In this document: positions 40,713 to 50,038 of the stretch, piece by piece
Layout: the number at the start of each line of letters is the position of its first letter
Position numbering within the stretch: the first letter of the stretch is position 1
DNA from: a bacterium
GTDB taxonomy: Bacteria > UBA8248
Assembly: GCA_965207065.1 (NCBI GenBank)
Contig: OZ242260.1
Coordinates: 864,001 to 928,000 of the forward strand
Direction: 5' to 3'
Length of the DNA stretch: 64,000 nt
Made by a program: the position numbers and the translations under genes
The notes under the pieces: generated by a model
Told to the model about the DNA's origin: nothing
Seen by the model: only the letters and a program-made list of their open reading frames with translations
Database searches by the model: none

Positions 40713-42277
40713 TGGTCGCTCCTCCCCATCCAGGGCTGAGCGATCTCCTGCAACATGACCGCATCGGTCTTGGCGTAGATCATCGTCGTGTTCGGTGACC
40801 TGTGGCGCAGTAGCGACTGGATGACATCGAGCGTCGCGCCCGATCTGAGCAACGCCGTCGCCTGGCTATGGCGGAACACATGCGCACCGCGGCCGGCAAA
40901 GGTCTTGACCCCGGCGCGGTCGAGCGCGCGTTTCGCCAGAGAACTGACGATGCTTGAGTCGGCCAATGCTCGCCAGGGCGCTTGGGTGCAGAGGAACACC
41001 TTCTCCTCATCCACCCTCGGCCGCACCGTGGCGATATAGACATGGAGCGCATCGCCGGCATCCTGCGGCAACGGCAGAGCCGCCTCTCGGCGTGACTTCC
41101 CCGAGACACGGATCTCGGCCCGGTCCCAATCGATGTCGCCGAGGCGCAGGGCCACGATGTCTCCTGCCCGCAGGGCAAGCCGTGCCAGAAGCAGCAGGAT
41201 CGCCCGGTCGCGCACGCCCGTCCGGTCATCGCCGCAACTGGCGATGGCGCGTTCGACATCGTCGCACGTGATGTACCGTGGCAAGCTCGACAACTGCCCA
41301 CGAGGCGCTGACGGCACGGCCGCGATCAGCGCGGCCGGGATGCTGCCTTCCCAGGTCAGGAACCGCAGATACATGCGCATCGCGGTTGTCAGAGTCCGGG
41401 CGTAGCTCCGCGACCGCGGGCGCATCTTCTCAAGCAGCACCCGGCGGATCAGGGCCGCGTCACAGGCGCAGGGGTCGTCCCCAAGTTCAGGCATCATCTC
41501 GCCGATCAAACGCACATGTCGCCGTATTGTCCCCGCGCCGATGCCGCGATGGCGTTCAAGCCACACGGCGTACCTCTCAAGGCGAACGGGCGGCGCCTGC
41601 TCGACCGGGACCGGCTCCAGGGGATCGATCCGCCCGATCGAGACGAGGTGCTTCAGGAAGCCGCGCAGTTCGGTTGCGTAAGCTGTGCCGGGTCGCCTCT
41701 TCTCGTGGCCGCAAAACACCCCGGGGATCGAGCAGACGAACGACCGGTTCTCGAAGCGCGCATAGACCTGCGCGCTCAGATCGCACAGGCGGATGCGTGA
41801 GAGATGGAGCCAGACAATGAGACCGGTGCATCCTTTCCGGTACAACCTGAGGGTTGCAGCCGTGTAGCCATTGCCGCGCAAACCGGTGAGGAACGCGCCC
41901 AGCAGCCGCAGATTGTCGTCCAGCTCACCGGGTGTCTCGACATGCCCCGTCTGCTCGAGGAACCGGATGAACGCCATGAGCATGGGTGATGTGCGGCGCT
42001 TGCGCCAACGCCGCAGACGAACCGGCGCGCAAGATGCGCCGCAACGACAATCGTGCTGCAGAAAGCGCTCGATGATCGCGCCGTCCACCGTCTTGAGTTC
42101 GATACGGGTGAGTTCAAGCCAGACCAGGAAGTGAAGGGCGATGCGCCGGTACTTGCCAAACAGTGTCCCGGAAATCTCGGCGCGACTGCGGAGATCGTCA
42201 ACGAAGGCAAGGGTCAAATCGGTGAAGCCCGCCAGAGTGGCACTCGCCGGGGACGGGTTGCTGGATATTGCAGGCAT
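40709..42277 (-). CDS. RIT recombinase A (extended N-terminus)
   Basis: ALRAGD, GKSRRE, HVFRHS and LLRHRSPNTTMIYAK. Confidence 0.9.
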   Translation of the reverse strand: MPAISSNPSPASATLAGFTDLTLAFVDDLRSRAEISGTLFGKYRRIALHFLVWLELTRIELKTVDGAIIERFLQHDCRCGASCAPVRLRRWRKRRTSPMLMAFIRFLEQTGHVETPGELDDNLRLLGAFLTGLRGNGYTAATLRLYRKGCTGLIVWLHLSRIRLCDLSAQVYARFENRSFVCSIPGVFCGHEKRRPGTAYATELRGFLKHLVSIGRIDPLEPVPVEQAPPVRLERYAVWLERHRGIGAGTIRRHVRLIGEMMPELGDDPCACDAALIRRVLLEKMRPRSRSYARTLTTAMRMYLRFLTWEGSIPAALIAAVPSAPRGQLSSLPRYITCDDVERAIASCGDDRTGVRDRAILLLLARLALRAGDIVALRLGDIDWDRAEIRVSGKSRREAALPLPQDAGDALHVYIATVRPRVDEEKVFLCTQAPWRALADSSIVSSLAKRALDRAGVKTFAGRGAHVFRHSQATALLRSGATLDVIQSLLRHRSPNTTMIYAKTDAVMLQEIAQPWMGRSDQ

Positions 42278-42443
42278 TGTCGTTCTCCTTTTTGAGTGAG
42301 AGAACGATAATGCCCGAAGTCACCTGCCGATATAATGCCGAGTGAATGTGCCGAAAAACCCTGTAAACAAGCCGTATTTAGCAGATCACTCGGCATTATC
42401 CACTTCTCGGCATTAATGCCGTTATGCCGAGCTCGGCATAACG

Positions 42444-43813
42444 GCATAGCCCTGCACGCCCACGACGCGATCTTTTTCCGAGAGGATGAGCCTGACGGCG
42501 TCCCTTTGGCCCTACGTAAGCGGTCCCTTGCGCAGATGCGCGCTCACCATCCAGCCCCGCATGGCGGGCGCGCCCCGCCCGCGGCCCGCCTCCACCAGGG
42601 CGATGTTCTCGCGCTCCGCCGCCGCGGCCTTCTCCGTCGTGAGCATGTCCTTCACCCCAGGCAGGTCCGCCGCGTGCAGGACGCCGATCTCCTCCAGCCT
42701 CTTGACCTCGCGTTCGGCTCCCGCCATCGACACCGCGCCGGGCCGCCAGGCGAGCGCGCCCGCGAGGAGAGCCGCGCGGTCGAAGACGGCCTCGCGTTCC
42801 GAGAGGTGCGCCACGGCCCATTCCACGGCCTCCCGGACGGGTTCGACGTCCGCCGCGCTCCGGCCGGCGTCGCGGGACAGGGCCCTCCTCTCCATCGCCT
42901 GCGCCTTGAGGGTCCTGGCGTCGAAGTTCAACTCCTTCGCCTGCTTCTCCCATACGGCCAAGAGCGTCGCCTTGTCGGCTTGGCACTTGGGGTCCCTCGT
43001 CATGAGCGTGACCCGCTGGGCGGCGCGCTGGTTCTCCGACGTCTTGCCCAGCCCGCGTTCTTCCATCGCCTTCTCGATCTCAGCCCGCCGGGTCGAGAAC
43101 GCCTCGATCACCTCGCGCGGGACGCCCGCGATCTCGAAGCGCCCGTCCGCGTGGGTCTTCTCGACACGATAGCCGAAGCTTTCGAGACCACGGGCGAGTT
43201 CGGTCCGGTATATCGCGCCGATCAGCATCTTCTGCGCATAGAGCTTCTCGTTCGACATGGTCCTCCATTTACCGTCGGCGCCACGCACCATGTTGGCGAT
43301 CACGGCGTGCGTGTGGAGCAGGGGGTCCAGGTTGCGCGAGGTGTCGTGGCGGAAGGCCGCGACGAGAATCTTCTGATCGCCGGTCCGTATCATCCGCCCG
43401 ATCCCGGGCTCGCTCATCCTGGTCTCGGCGACGTTCCGCTCGACCCAGTCCAGGGTGCGCGACACGGCCACCTCGTGGGCCCAAATCGCGCGTCCGTCGC
43501 CGCCCAAGTAGGCCAGCAGCGAGACGGACTTGGGCGCCGAGAGGGTGAGATCTCGGCCGGGACGGTGGTGGATGACGCCGTCCTTGCCCCTCTTCCCGAG
43601 CCTGCGCCCCGAACCGTCCGGCACCACGCCCTCGAGCACCGCGCGGAGGGTGTCGGGGTCGACCGGACCCGTGAGTCCCATATCCTCGGCGCCCCTGCCG
43701 CGCCAGGCGCTCGCCTCCCGGTGGTTCGGGTCGTCCTTTCCGTAGTAGTCGTCGCGCTCGAAATAGGAGACACACTGCGCGGGCGCAACGACGGCGCCTA
43801 TGGACGCGACCAT
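42444..43813 (-). pseudogene. N-terminal relaxase part of TrwC/TraI (MOBF) with internal TAG at 42512-42514
   Basis: YFERDDYY, DLTLSAPKSVS, HDTSRNLDPLLHTHAV and FSTRR; frame continues past TAG as GQRDAVRLILSEKDRVVGVQGY. Confidence 0.9.
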
Positions 43814-44262
43814 ATCAGCAGTTCCTCATGTGGTTGCGATGCGGCCGCCCCGGCGGAACCGCGCCTTCTCCCGCCCCGCCGCTCACGCGGCGGCGCTCCC
43901 CCGCGTCCAGGTTATTTTTGTCGTACCCGTTCATATGCGTCTCTCCTTCGCGTTCGAGCATTTCGCCCCGATCGATCCTCCGGCGTCGTGCGGGCGGGGG
44001 CTCGCATCGCCCGCACCCATGACAAAATAAGCAAAAAAAATTCGTTTGCAAGGATTTTATATATCCGCTTTCCTGCGTTTTCTCGCCATACGCGCCCTCG
44101 CATACGACCGGCTGCGCGGGGGTATGATCTTTTTTTTTCGCGGGGCGCCCCGCCCCGCGCCGGCGAGAGGCCGAGGCGGGTGGTGAGGGAGCGCGGGAGC
44201 CTGTCCGGAGAGGCCGGGCGGCGCCTGCATTCCCCTTACCCGCAGCACCGGAGGCGCGACCC

Positions 44263-44595
44263 GTGAGTGAACCGAATCCATCCCGATACACCCGGGCCCT
44301 CGTTCTGGCGGGACCCGCTCTCGCGCTCCTCGCCACAATCCTCTCTCTCGCGGCCGGGAGCGGTCTCCGCCTCCTGTGGGCCGTCTGGTTCTGTGCGGCC
44401 CTCTGGAGCCTTCTCACGGCGCTTCCGTGCGTCCTGTGGCGGGGGTTCCGCCATGGGGACTGGACGGCCTTCAAGCGCTACGAACTCCCCGACGATCACG
44501 GCGAGCGCTTCGACTGGACGACGAGGACAGGGCGCTACGCACACCTCCGCGACCTCGATGAGCAGGAGCTTCACGGTCACGACCCGGCTCCCTGA
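44263..44595 (+). CDS. Small hypothetical membrane protein
   Basis: GGAGG RBS; two hydrophobic segments. Confidence 0.5.
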   Translation: MSEPNPSRYTRALVLAGPALALLATILSLAAGSGLRLLWAVWFCAALWSLLTALPCVLWRGFRHGDWTAFKRYELPDDHGERFDWTTRTGRYAHLRDLDEQELHGHDPAP

Positions 44596-44706
44596 TCCCC
44601 GCCTCGCGCCTCGGAGAGGCGGAGCCGGGCCGGGAGGGGGCGGCGGAAGAGGGCCGGGAGAGGCTCGCTTCCGCCGCCATAATTCACCTTTGCAAGGAGG
44701 CGCGCG

Positions 44707-45009
44707 ATGCGGAAACCAAAACGGGAAGCAAACACCTTTCTCACCCATCTCTCAGGCCTTGGCCTGGCGGACGATCGATACGAGGTACGACGCTACAAAT
44801 TCTCGGGCGGGGGCGAAGTCCGGCCCGTACCCGCCGTGGACAAGTGCGGGCGCAAGAGGAAACGCGCGACAGCATCGCGTCGTGCGGTCCGCGAGATGCG
44901 GCCCGCGCGGGATGAGCTCATCATCTGCACGGGGCTCAAGGTCCCCGGCAGCGGCCTGCAGCTCTGGGGGGAACACCTCGTGTGGGGAAAGATGCTGTGC
45001 CGGGGATGA
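44707..45009 (+). CDS. Hypothetical protein
   Basis: AAGGAGG RBS before ATG; co-oriented with neighbours. Confidence 0.5.
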   Translation: MRKPKREANTFLTHLSGLGLADDRYEVRRYKFSGGGEVRPVPAVDKCGRKRKRATASRRAVREMRPARDELIICTGLKVPGSGLQLWGEHLVWGKMLCRG

Positions 45010-45078
45010 TTTCCGGAAGACGTCTTGCCGGCCCGGCGCCGGCCGCACGTATTCCATCCACCCAGGGAGGGAGCCAGG

Positions 45079-45894
45079 ATGCCCTACAAGGATCTGGAGA
45101 CGCGACGCGAGAGAGAACGCGAACGACACAGGCGCCGGACGGCCAAACGCAAGGAAATGGGCCTTTGTCCAAAATGCGGCCGGAGAAATCCCGCGCCCGG
45201 GCGCAGCCAGTGCGAATCCTGCCTCGAAAGGGCCCGGGCTGCCGAACGCGCCCGCTACGCCAGGAGCAAGACTGCCGGAGAACCCTACGGTGGCCGGAAG
45301 CCCGAGAGCCGCCGGCGCATGGCGCGGGAGAGGAACAGGAAGCGAAGGCGCGAACGCCGCGAGGCGGGACTGTGCACGGCTTGTGGAGAGCGTCCCCCTG
45401 CCTGCGGCGGCGCCGTCTGCGAGACGTGCCGCGAGGCGCGGCGCAGGGAAGAGCGGTTGATCTACGAAAAAAGGCGCGCCATGGGGCGGTGCGGCAGATG
45501 CGGAGGACAGGTCTCAGCGGAGGCTTCCCGGTGCGCTTCGTGCGCCGCATCAGAAGTCAAACGCCGTCCACGCAAGAACGCCGCGAGCCGGGTGCGGTAC
45601 GCCGACAGGCGGGCCCGGTCGCTTTGCGTGGACTGCGCCGAACCGGTGAACGGAGCCGCGAGATGCGAGCGTTGCGCCCGCCGATCGTATTTCTCCTCGG
45701 GCGAGCACAAGGGAATGCCCGTCCATCCGACGCGCTACACCGTTGTCGAGCTCGCCACGGGCGCCGAGCACGGTCCCTGGGACTCTTGGGAGGAGGTGGC
45801 GATGTGCCTCGCCTTCGCGAAACTCTCCCGGGAGGAGGTGGAGGTGGTTGAGGATATCTCCGTGATGGCGAAACTCACCGCGGCTCCCTGGTGA
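45079..45894 (+). CDS. Arg-rich protein with four tandem CxxC...CxxC zinc-finger-like repeats
   Basis: CPKC/CESC, CTAC/CETC, CGRC/CASC and CVDC/CERC; GGAGG RBS. Confidence 0.7.
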   Translation: MPYKDLETRRERERERHRRRTAKRKEMGLCPKCGRRNPAPGRSQCESCLERARAAERARYARSKTAGEPYGGRKPESRRRMARERNRKRRRERREAGLCTACGERPPACGGAVCETCREARRREERLIYEKRRAMGRCGRCGGQVSAEASRCASCAASEVKRRPRKNAASRVRYADRRARSLCVDCAEPVNGAARCERCARRSYFSSGEHKGMPVHPTRYTVVELATGAEHGPWDSWEEVAMCLAFAKLSREEVEVVEDISVMAKLTAAPW

Positions 45895-46009
45895 GCGCGC
45901 CTGCACATGCAGCCGTCCGCCCGACGGCGGGGGGCCGGAACCGGGCGGGGCGGGAGGGTACGGCGCCGCCCTGCTGCGCAGCCGGCCTGTCGTCGACCGG
46001 GGGGAGGGG

Positions 46010-46435
46010 TCAACGCCCGCGCCGGAACGGACCGCGAAACCTCCGGCTCTCCGGCCGCCGTGACGAGGGGGCGAATCCCGGGCCGCGGGGCCGCGGCGTG
46101 AGCCGCCACACCGCCAGCCAGACCGGAAGAGAGACCAGTATCGCCCGAACGCCTGCGGGCAGCGGGACGAGCAGGTTCGCCACCGCGGCGGCGCCGAGCG
46201 CGACCCACGCCACAAGAGCGGGACCTGGATAGCCCAGGCGGCCCAGGCGCCGGCAGGCGAGCGCCAGCGGCAGGCCGAACGGAGCGGCCGCCGACAACGC
46301 CACGAGCGAGGAGGACCTCATCACATGTTCCACGGAGCCCGTGCGCAGTACCTCGACCGCGAGCATCCTCCCCGGCAGCCACAGGAGCGCCGGTAACCAG
46401 AACCTGAATCTTCCCGTGCGCCTTCGTCCGTCCAT
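46010..46435 (-). CDS. Hypothetical membrane protein
   Basis: Several hydrophobic segments; GAGG before ATG. Confidence 0.45.
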   Translation of the reverse strand: MDGRRRTGRFRFWLPALLWLPGRMLAVEVLRTGSVEHVMRSSSLVALSAAAPFGLPLALACRRLGRLGYPGPALVAWVALGAAAVANLLVPLPAGVRAILVSLPVWLAVWRLTPRPRGPGFAPSSRRPESRRFRGPFRRGR

Positions 46436-46619
46436 GCCTCATCCGACAATAATTCAGGGCCCGATGCAAGGGCAGGCGCGTTCCGCGAGCGCTCCCCGCC
46501 GGGTGAGGACCTCCCCGGGAGAGTGAGAGTGAAGCGGGGAGCCGGGCAAATGCCCGGTAGGGAGAGGGAGACGGTCTCCAACTCCCGCCGCCGGCGACAA
46601 CCCGAGAGGAGGCTTGGCC

Positions 46620-46754
46620 ATGTACGAGAACGACCATGACTACGAGATGTTCACCAGTGACGAGTTGCTCGCCGAGATCGGACTCGACGCGTACGCGATC
46701 CGCGTGATCCGCGACGAGGCGAAAGGCGAGGCGGAGGAGTTCAGGAGGGAATAG
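46620..46754 (+). CDS. Small acidic protein (44 aa)
   Basis: GGAGG RBS; MYENDHDYEMFTSDELLAEIGLDAYAIRVIRDEAKGEAEEFRRE. Confidence 0.5.
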   Translation: MYENDHDYEMFTSDELLAEIGLDAYAIRVIRDEAKGEAEEFRRE

Positions 46755-46834
46755 GGCGAACCGGGGGGGGGTGGAGAGAAAGACTCTCTCCCTCCCGTCA
46801 TTTTTTCACACTCACACCACGAAGGAGTACTACA

Positions 46835-47275
46835 ATGGCATTCGGACTCAACAGAGCGGAACTGATCGGGCGTCTCGGCGCCGACGTCACCATCAACCAC
46901 CTCGCGAGCGGCGGACGCGTCGCGAATCTCTCGATCGCCACCGACGAGGGCTACGTCGACAAGCAGTCGGGCGACCGGGTGGACAAGACCGAGTGGCACC
47001 GGGTCGTGACCTTCCAGCCCGGCCTGGTCGACATGTTCGAGAAGCACGCGAAGAAGGGCCGCCTGGTCTACGTCGCGGGCAAGCTCCAGACCCGCCGCTG
47101 GAAGAAGGACGAGGAGGATTCGGACCGGTTCTCGACCGAGATCCTCGTAGCACCCGGCGGGCGGGTGCAGTTCCTGGAAAAGATGAACGGAAATGGCAAC
47201 GGTAACGGCGCGCACGCCGAGACGGCGGCTGTGGCGGCGACCGCGGGCGTAGTGGGGGAAGACATCCCGTTTTGA
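46835..47275 (+). CDS. ssb: Single-stranded DNA-binding protein
   Basis: LIGRLGAD, TEWHRVV, GKLQTRRW and C-terminal EDIPF. Confidence 0.95.
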   Translation: MAFGLNRAELIGRLGADVTINHLASGGRVANLSIATDEGYVDKQSGDRVDKTEWHRVVTFQPGLVDMFEKHAKKGRLVYVAGKLQTRRWKKDEEDSDRFSTEILVAPGGRVQFLEKMNGNGNGNGAHAETAAVAATAGVVGEDIPF

Positions 47276-47282
47276 GTGCTTC

Positions 47283-47319
47283 AAGGGCCGGCGCCTCGCG
47301 CGTCGGCCCTTTCATTTTG
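47283..47319 (+). terminator. Probable terminator after ssb
   Basis: gggccggcgc-ctcgc-gcgtcggccc hairpin + tttcatttt. Confidence 0.6.
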
Positions 47320-47907
47320 CTGTCGACCCGGAGGAAGCCTCCCCTGGCCCGAGGAGAAGGATGAACACCCGGCCATGGACGAGGCCCGCACCTTTCCCGC
47401 CCCGCCGGCCTCTCTCGTCTACAGGGAACACCTGGAAAATCTCCGGTTCTGTGAACGATAAACCGTGTTCACGGAAGATCGGCTTGCGCCTGCGATCACT
47501 CCATGCTCAAGACAGTGGCTCGATCCACCCCCCGCTGCGGGAATTCCGGGCCGGAAAAAACGGCCCGAAATGACCCTTTCCGCAGCATGAGAGATTGTTT
47601 CCCGATGAGCTTCGCCTTCATCGTGAAACACCAGAAGCTCTTGTGTCCCGGTGGCGAATCAACTGTCTCTCTCTTAGCGTCCTCATTTTAGCACGAACGC
47701 CGAACGAATAAAGGGTGGCCGCAAGCGGCCATCATTTGCCGGTGCCCCCCAAAAAACGATGATGCGTGTTTTTCGGGAACCCCCCGGAAAATGACGAGCC
47801 CTTGATTCGCCCGCCTACGGGCGCCGGATACACCGCCCGGCGCCCTTACGTGCTGAAAATGGGACGCTAAGAAGCGCATCCGTTAACTCTCTGGAAAGGA
47901 GAAAGGC

Positions 47908-48282
47908 ATGGAAACCACCGTGGTGAACCTGAACGAATATGTGGCGCCCCAGTTCGGAGGCGGCTTGCTGGTGAGGATCGACCGCAAGACGAAGTGGGGA
48001 AACCCCTTCCGGGTCGGCACCGACGGCGACCGCGACGACGTCATCGAGAAATACCGGCGATGGCTGTGGGAAAAAATCCAGCGCGAGGAGCTCGACCTAT
48101 ACGAACTCGCCGACCTCCATGGCTGCGAGCTCGGCTGCCACTGCCGGCCCCTCCCGTGCCACGGCGACGTCCTCGCGCGCGCCGCCGAGTGGGCAGCCGG
48201 CTATCTCGACGAGATGCCCAAAGAAGTCGGGCGCAACGAGCGTGGCTACGCTCTTCCCGAATACAACCATCCCCTCGCTTGA
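47908..48282 (+). CDS. DUF4326 domain protein
   Basis: KWGNPF and LGCHCRPLPCHGDVL. Confidence 0.85.
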   Translation: METTVVNLNEYVAPQFGGGLLVRIDRKTKWGNPFRVGTDGDRDDVIEKYRRWLWEKIQREELDLYELADLHGCELGCHCRPLPCHGDVLARAAEWAAGYLDEMPKEVGRNERGYALPEYNHPLA

Positions 48283-48303
48283 GGACAACCAAAGGAGTGA
48301 ACG

Positions 48304-49257
48304 ATGACCGCTACACACGACCACAAGGAGAGCATCATGCATGAGAACGATCACAACGATGCCCAGCATGAATCCTTCACCGCCATGGTCTGCGAGCAGG
48401 CCGCCCTGTTCGGCGCGACTCCGGGGCCGGACGAGTTCGACAACCGCCCCGTGTGGGACGAGGGCGAGGCAACCGCCGCCGTCATCAAGGCATTCGGCGC
48501 ACTCGCGGAAGCAGCGCCCGACGGCACGCAACTCGCGGATGAGCGAAGAAACCTCCTGTGGGGCTTCGTCAACACCCTCGACGCGCAGACTCAGAGGCTC
48601 GACCGGGCAGCCGACAAACTCATCCCCGGCATCCGTGAACTCCAGCGCGAGCAGGACGGCTCCGAGATCCGCTCCCGCGAACTCGAACTCATGACCGACC
48701 GCGCCCAGAACCTGAATGACCGGCGCGACGCCTTCGAAGGGTTGCGCGACACGGCAGCAGAGGCCTACCGCATCGAGACCGGCGAGGTCTGGCGGCCGAG
48801 GCGAGGCTCGCACGTCTCGCAGACCGGTAAGCTCACCTCCGCCGTGATCGAGGCGCGCGACTTCCAGCGGGCGCGCAAGGACCGCGCGAACACGGCTCAT
48901 CTTCCCCAGGGAACCCTCGTCGCCGTCGCGGGCGGCAAGGAGGCGAACGACGCGGGCAAAATCATCGCGCATCTCGACAAGGTCAAGGCCAAGTACGCCG
49001 ACGTCGTCCTCGTCCACGGCGGCGGCCCCGGTGCTGAGAAGATAGCGGCGGGATGGGCCGAGCGGAACGGCGTCCACCAGGTCGTCTGCAAGCCCGACTG
49101 GGACGCACACGGCAGGGCCGCTCCCTTCCGCAGGAACGACGAACTCCTCGCACTCCTGCCCAAGGGCGTGGTCGCGTTCCCGGGTTCGGGCATCACCGAC
49201 AACCTCGTCGACAAGGCCCGCACCCTCGGCATTCCCGTCCAGAAAATCGCCGCCTGA
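48304..49257 (+). CDS. DUF2493 (SLOG/YspA-like) domain protein
   Basis: VAVAGG, LVHGGGPGAE, AAPFRRND and FPGSGITDNL. Confidence 0.8.
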   Translation: MTATHDHKESIMHENDHNDAQHESFTAMVCEQAALFGATPGPDEFDNRPVWDEGEATAAVIKAFGALAEAAPDGTQLADERRNLLWGFVNTLDAQTQRLDRAADKLIPGIRELQREQDGSEIRSRELELMTDRAQNLNDRRDAFEGLRDTAAEAYRIETGEVWRPRRGSHVSQTGKLTSAVIEARDFQRARKDRANTAHLPQGTLVAVAGGKEANDAGKIIAHLDKVKAKYADVVLVHGGGPGAEKIAAGWAERNGVHQVVCKPDWDAHGRAAPFRRNDELLALLPKGVVAFPGSGITDNLVDKARTLGIPVQKIAA

Positions 49258-50038
49258 CGTGAACGCTCCACGGGTCGCGTCGCAACACCTCAACTGCGGC
49301 GCGGCCCGTCGCTTCTCTCCTCGCTCACTCCACCGTACCTCTCCTGATTGCTCCGCTCGCTTCCTCCCGCTCAATCACCGCGGCGGCTCCCGCTCGTCAT
49401 TCCCGCCGGCAAGAATCCCCCCGACTCGCGTTCCCAAAGATCCCTGCGCTAGCCGCCCTTCGGCGTTTCTTTCAGTACACCAGACGCATCGCTGATGCGG
49501 GTGTCGCTGTGGCTGCGAATGTCCGCGTTCCCCTGCGCCCCTCTTTCATGAATCGTGCCTCCGTGCGTCCCCGTCGGGCCGGGAAAAGTAATACCAATCT
49601 GGCACCACACATATCCCTTTGAAATCAAGGCACTTAAAAGATGGCGCATGTCATATGAAATACGGCGTAATACGGGGAGTTCCTGAGAGATACCAGATTG
49701 GTAGTACTTAGTGGTGCGCTGCATTATGATGGCTACCAGTTTGGTAGTTCGTGAAACGGCGTCACGGGTATGATTTTGGGCCCGAGGTGGGTGTGTTTGG
49801 TGTAAGAAATAAGAATTTTTGCGATCGCTTTGCGACCGGAGCGTATGAAAATCTTCACGATAGGAGCGGCGAAACGGATGGTTCAGACGATACAGAAGAA
49901 CATCAGAGTCACGCCTGAACAGTGGAAACGAATTGAAAATGAAGCCGAAAAGCGCGACATCTCGCCGAACCGGCTCGTGGTAGAGCTGGCCATAGAGGGT
50001 CTCGAGCATCGGGAATGGCCGCGCACGGAGGCGGAAAT

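Larger units (their letters stand above)
38697..42419 (-). mobile_element. RIT element (recombinases in trio) with 91-bp perfect inverted repeats
   Basis: Three overlapping tyrosine recombinase genes; 38697-38787 is the reverse complement of 42329-42419; TAATGCCG boxes. Confidence 0.9.

Noticed and set aside
42512-42514. In-frame TAG in the relaxase as possible recoding (pyrrolysine)
   Set aside because: Gene is already broken by the RIT; simple nonsense decay is more likely and no pyl genes are seen
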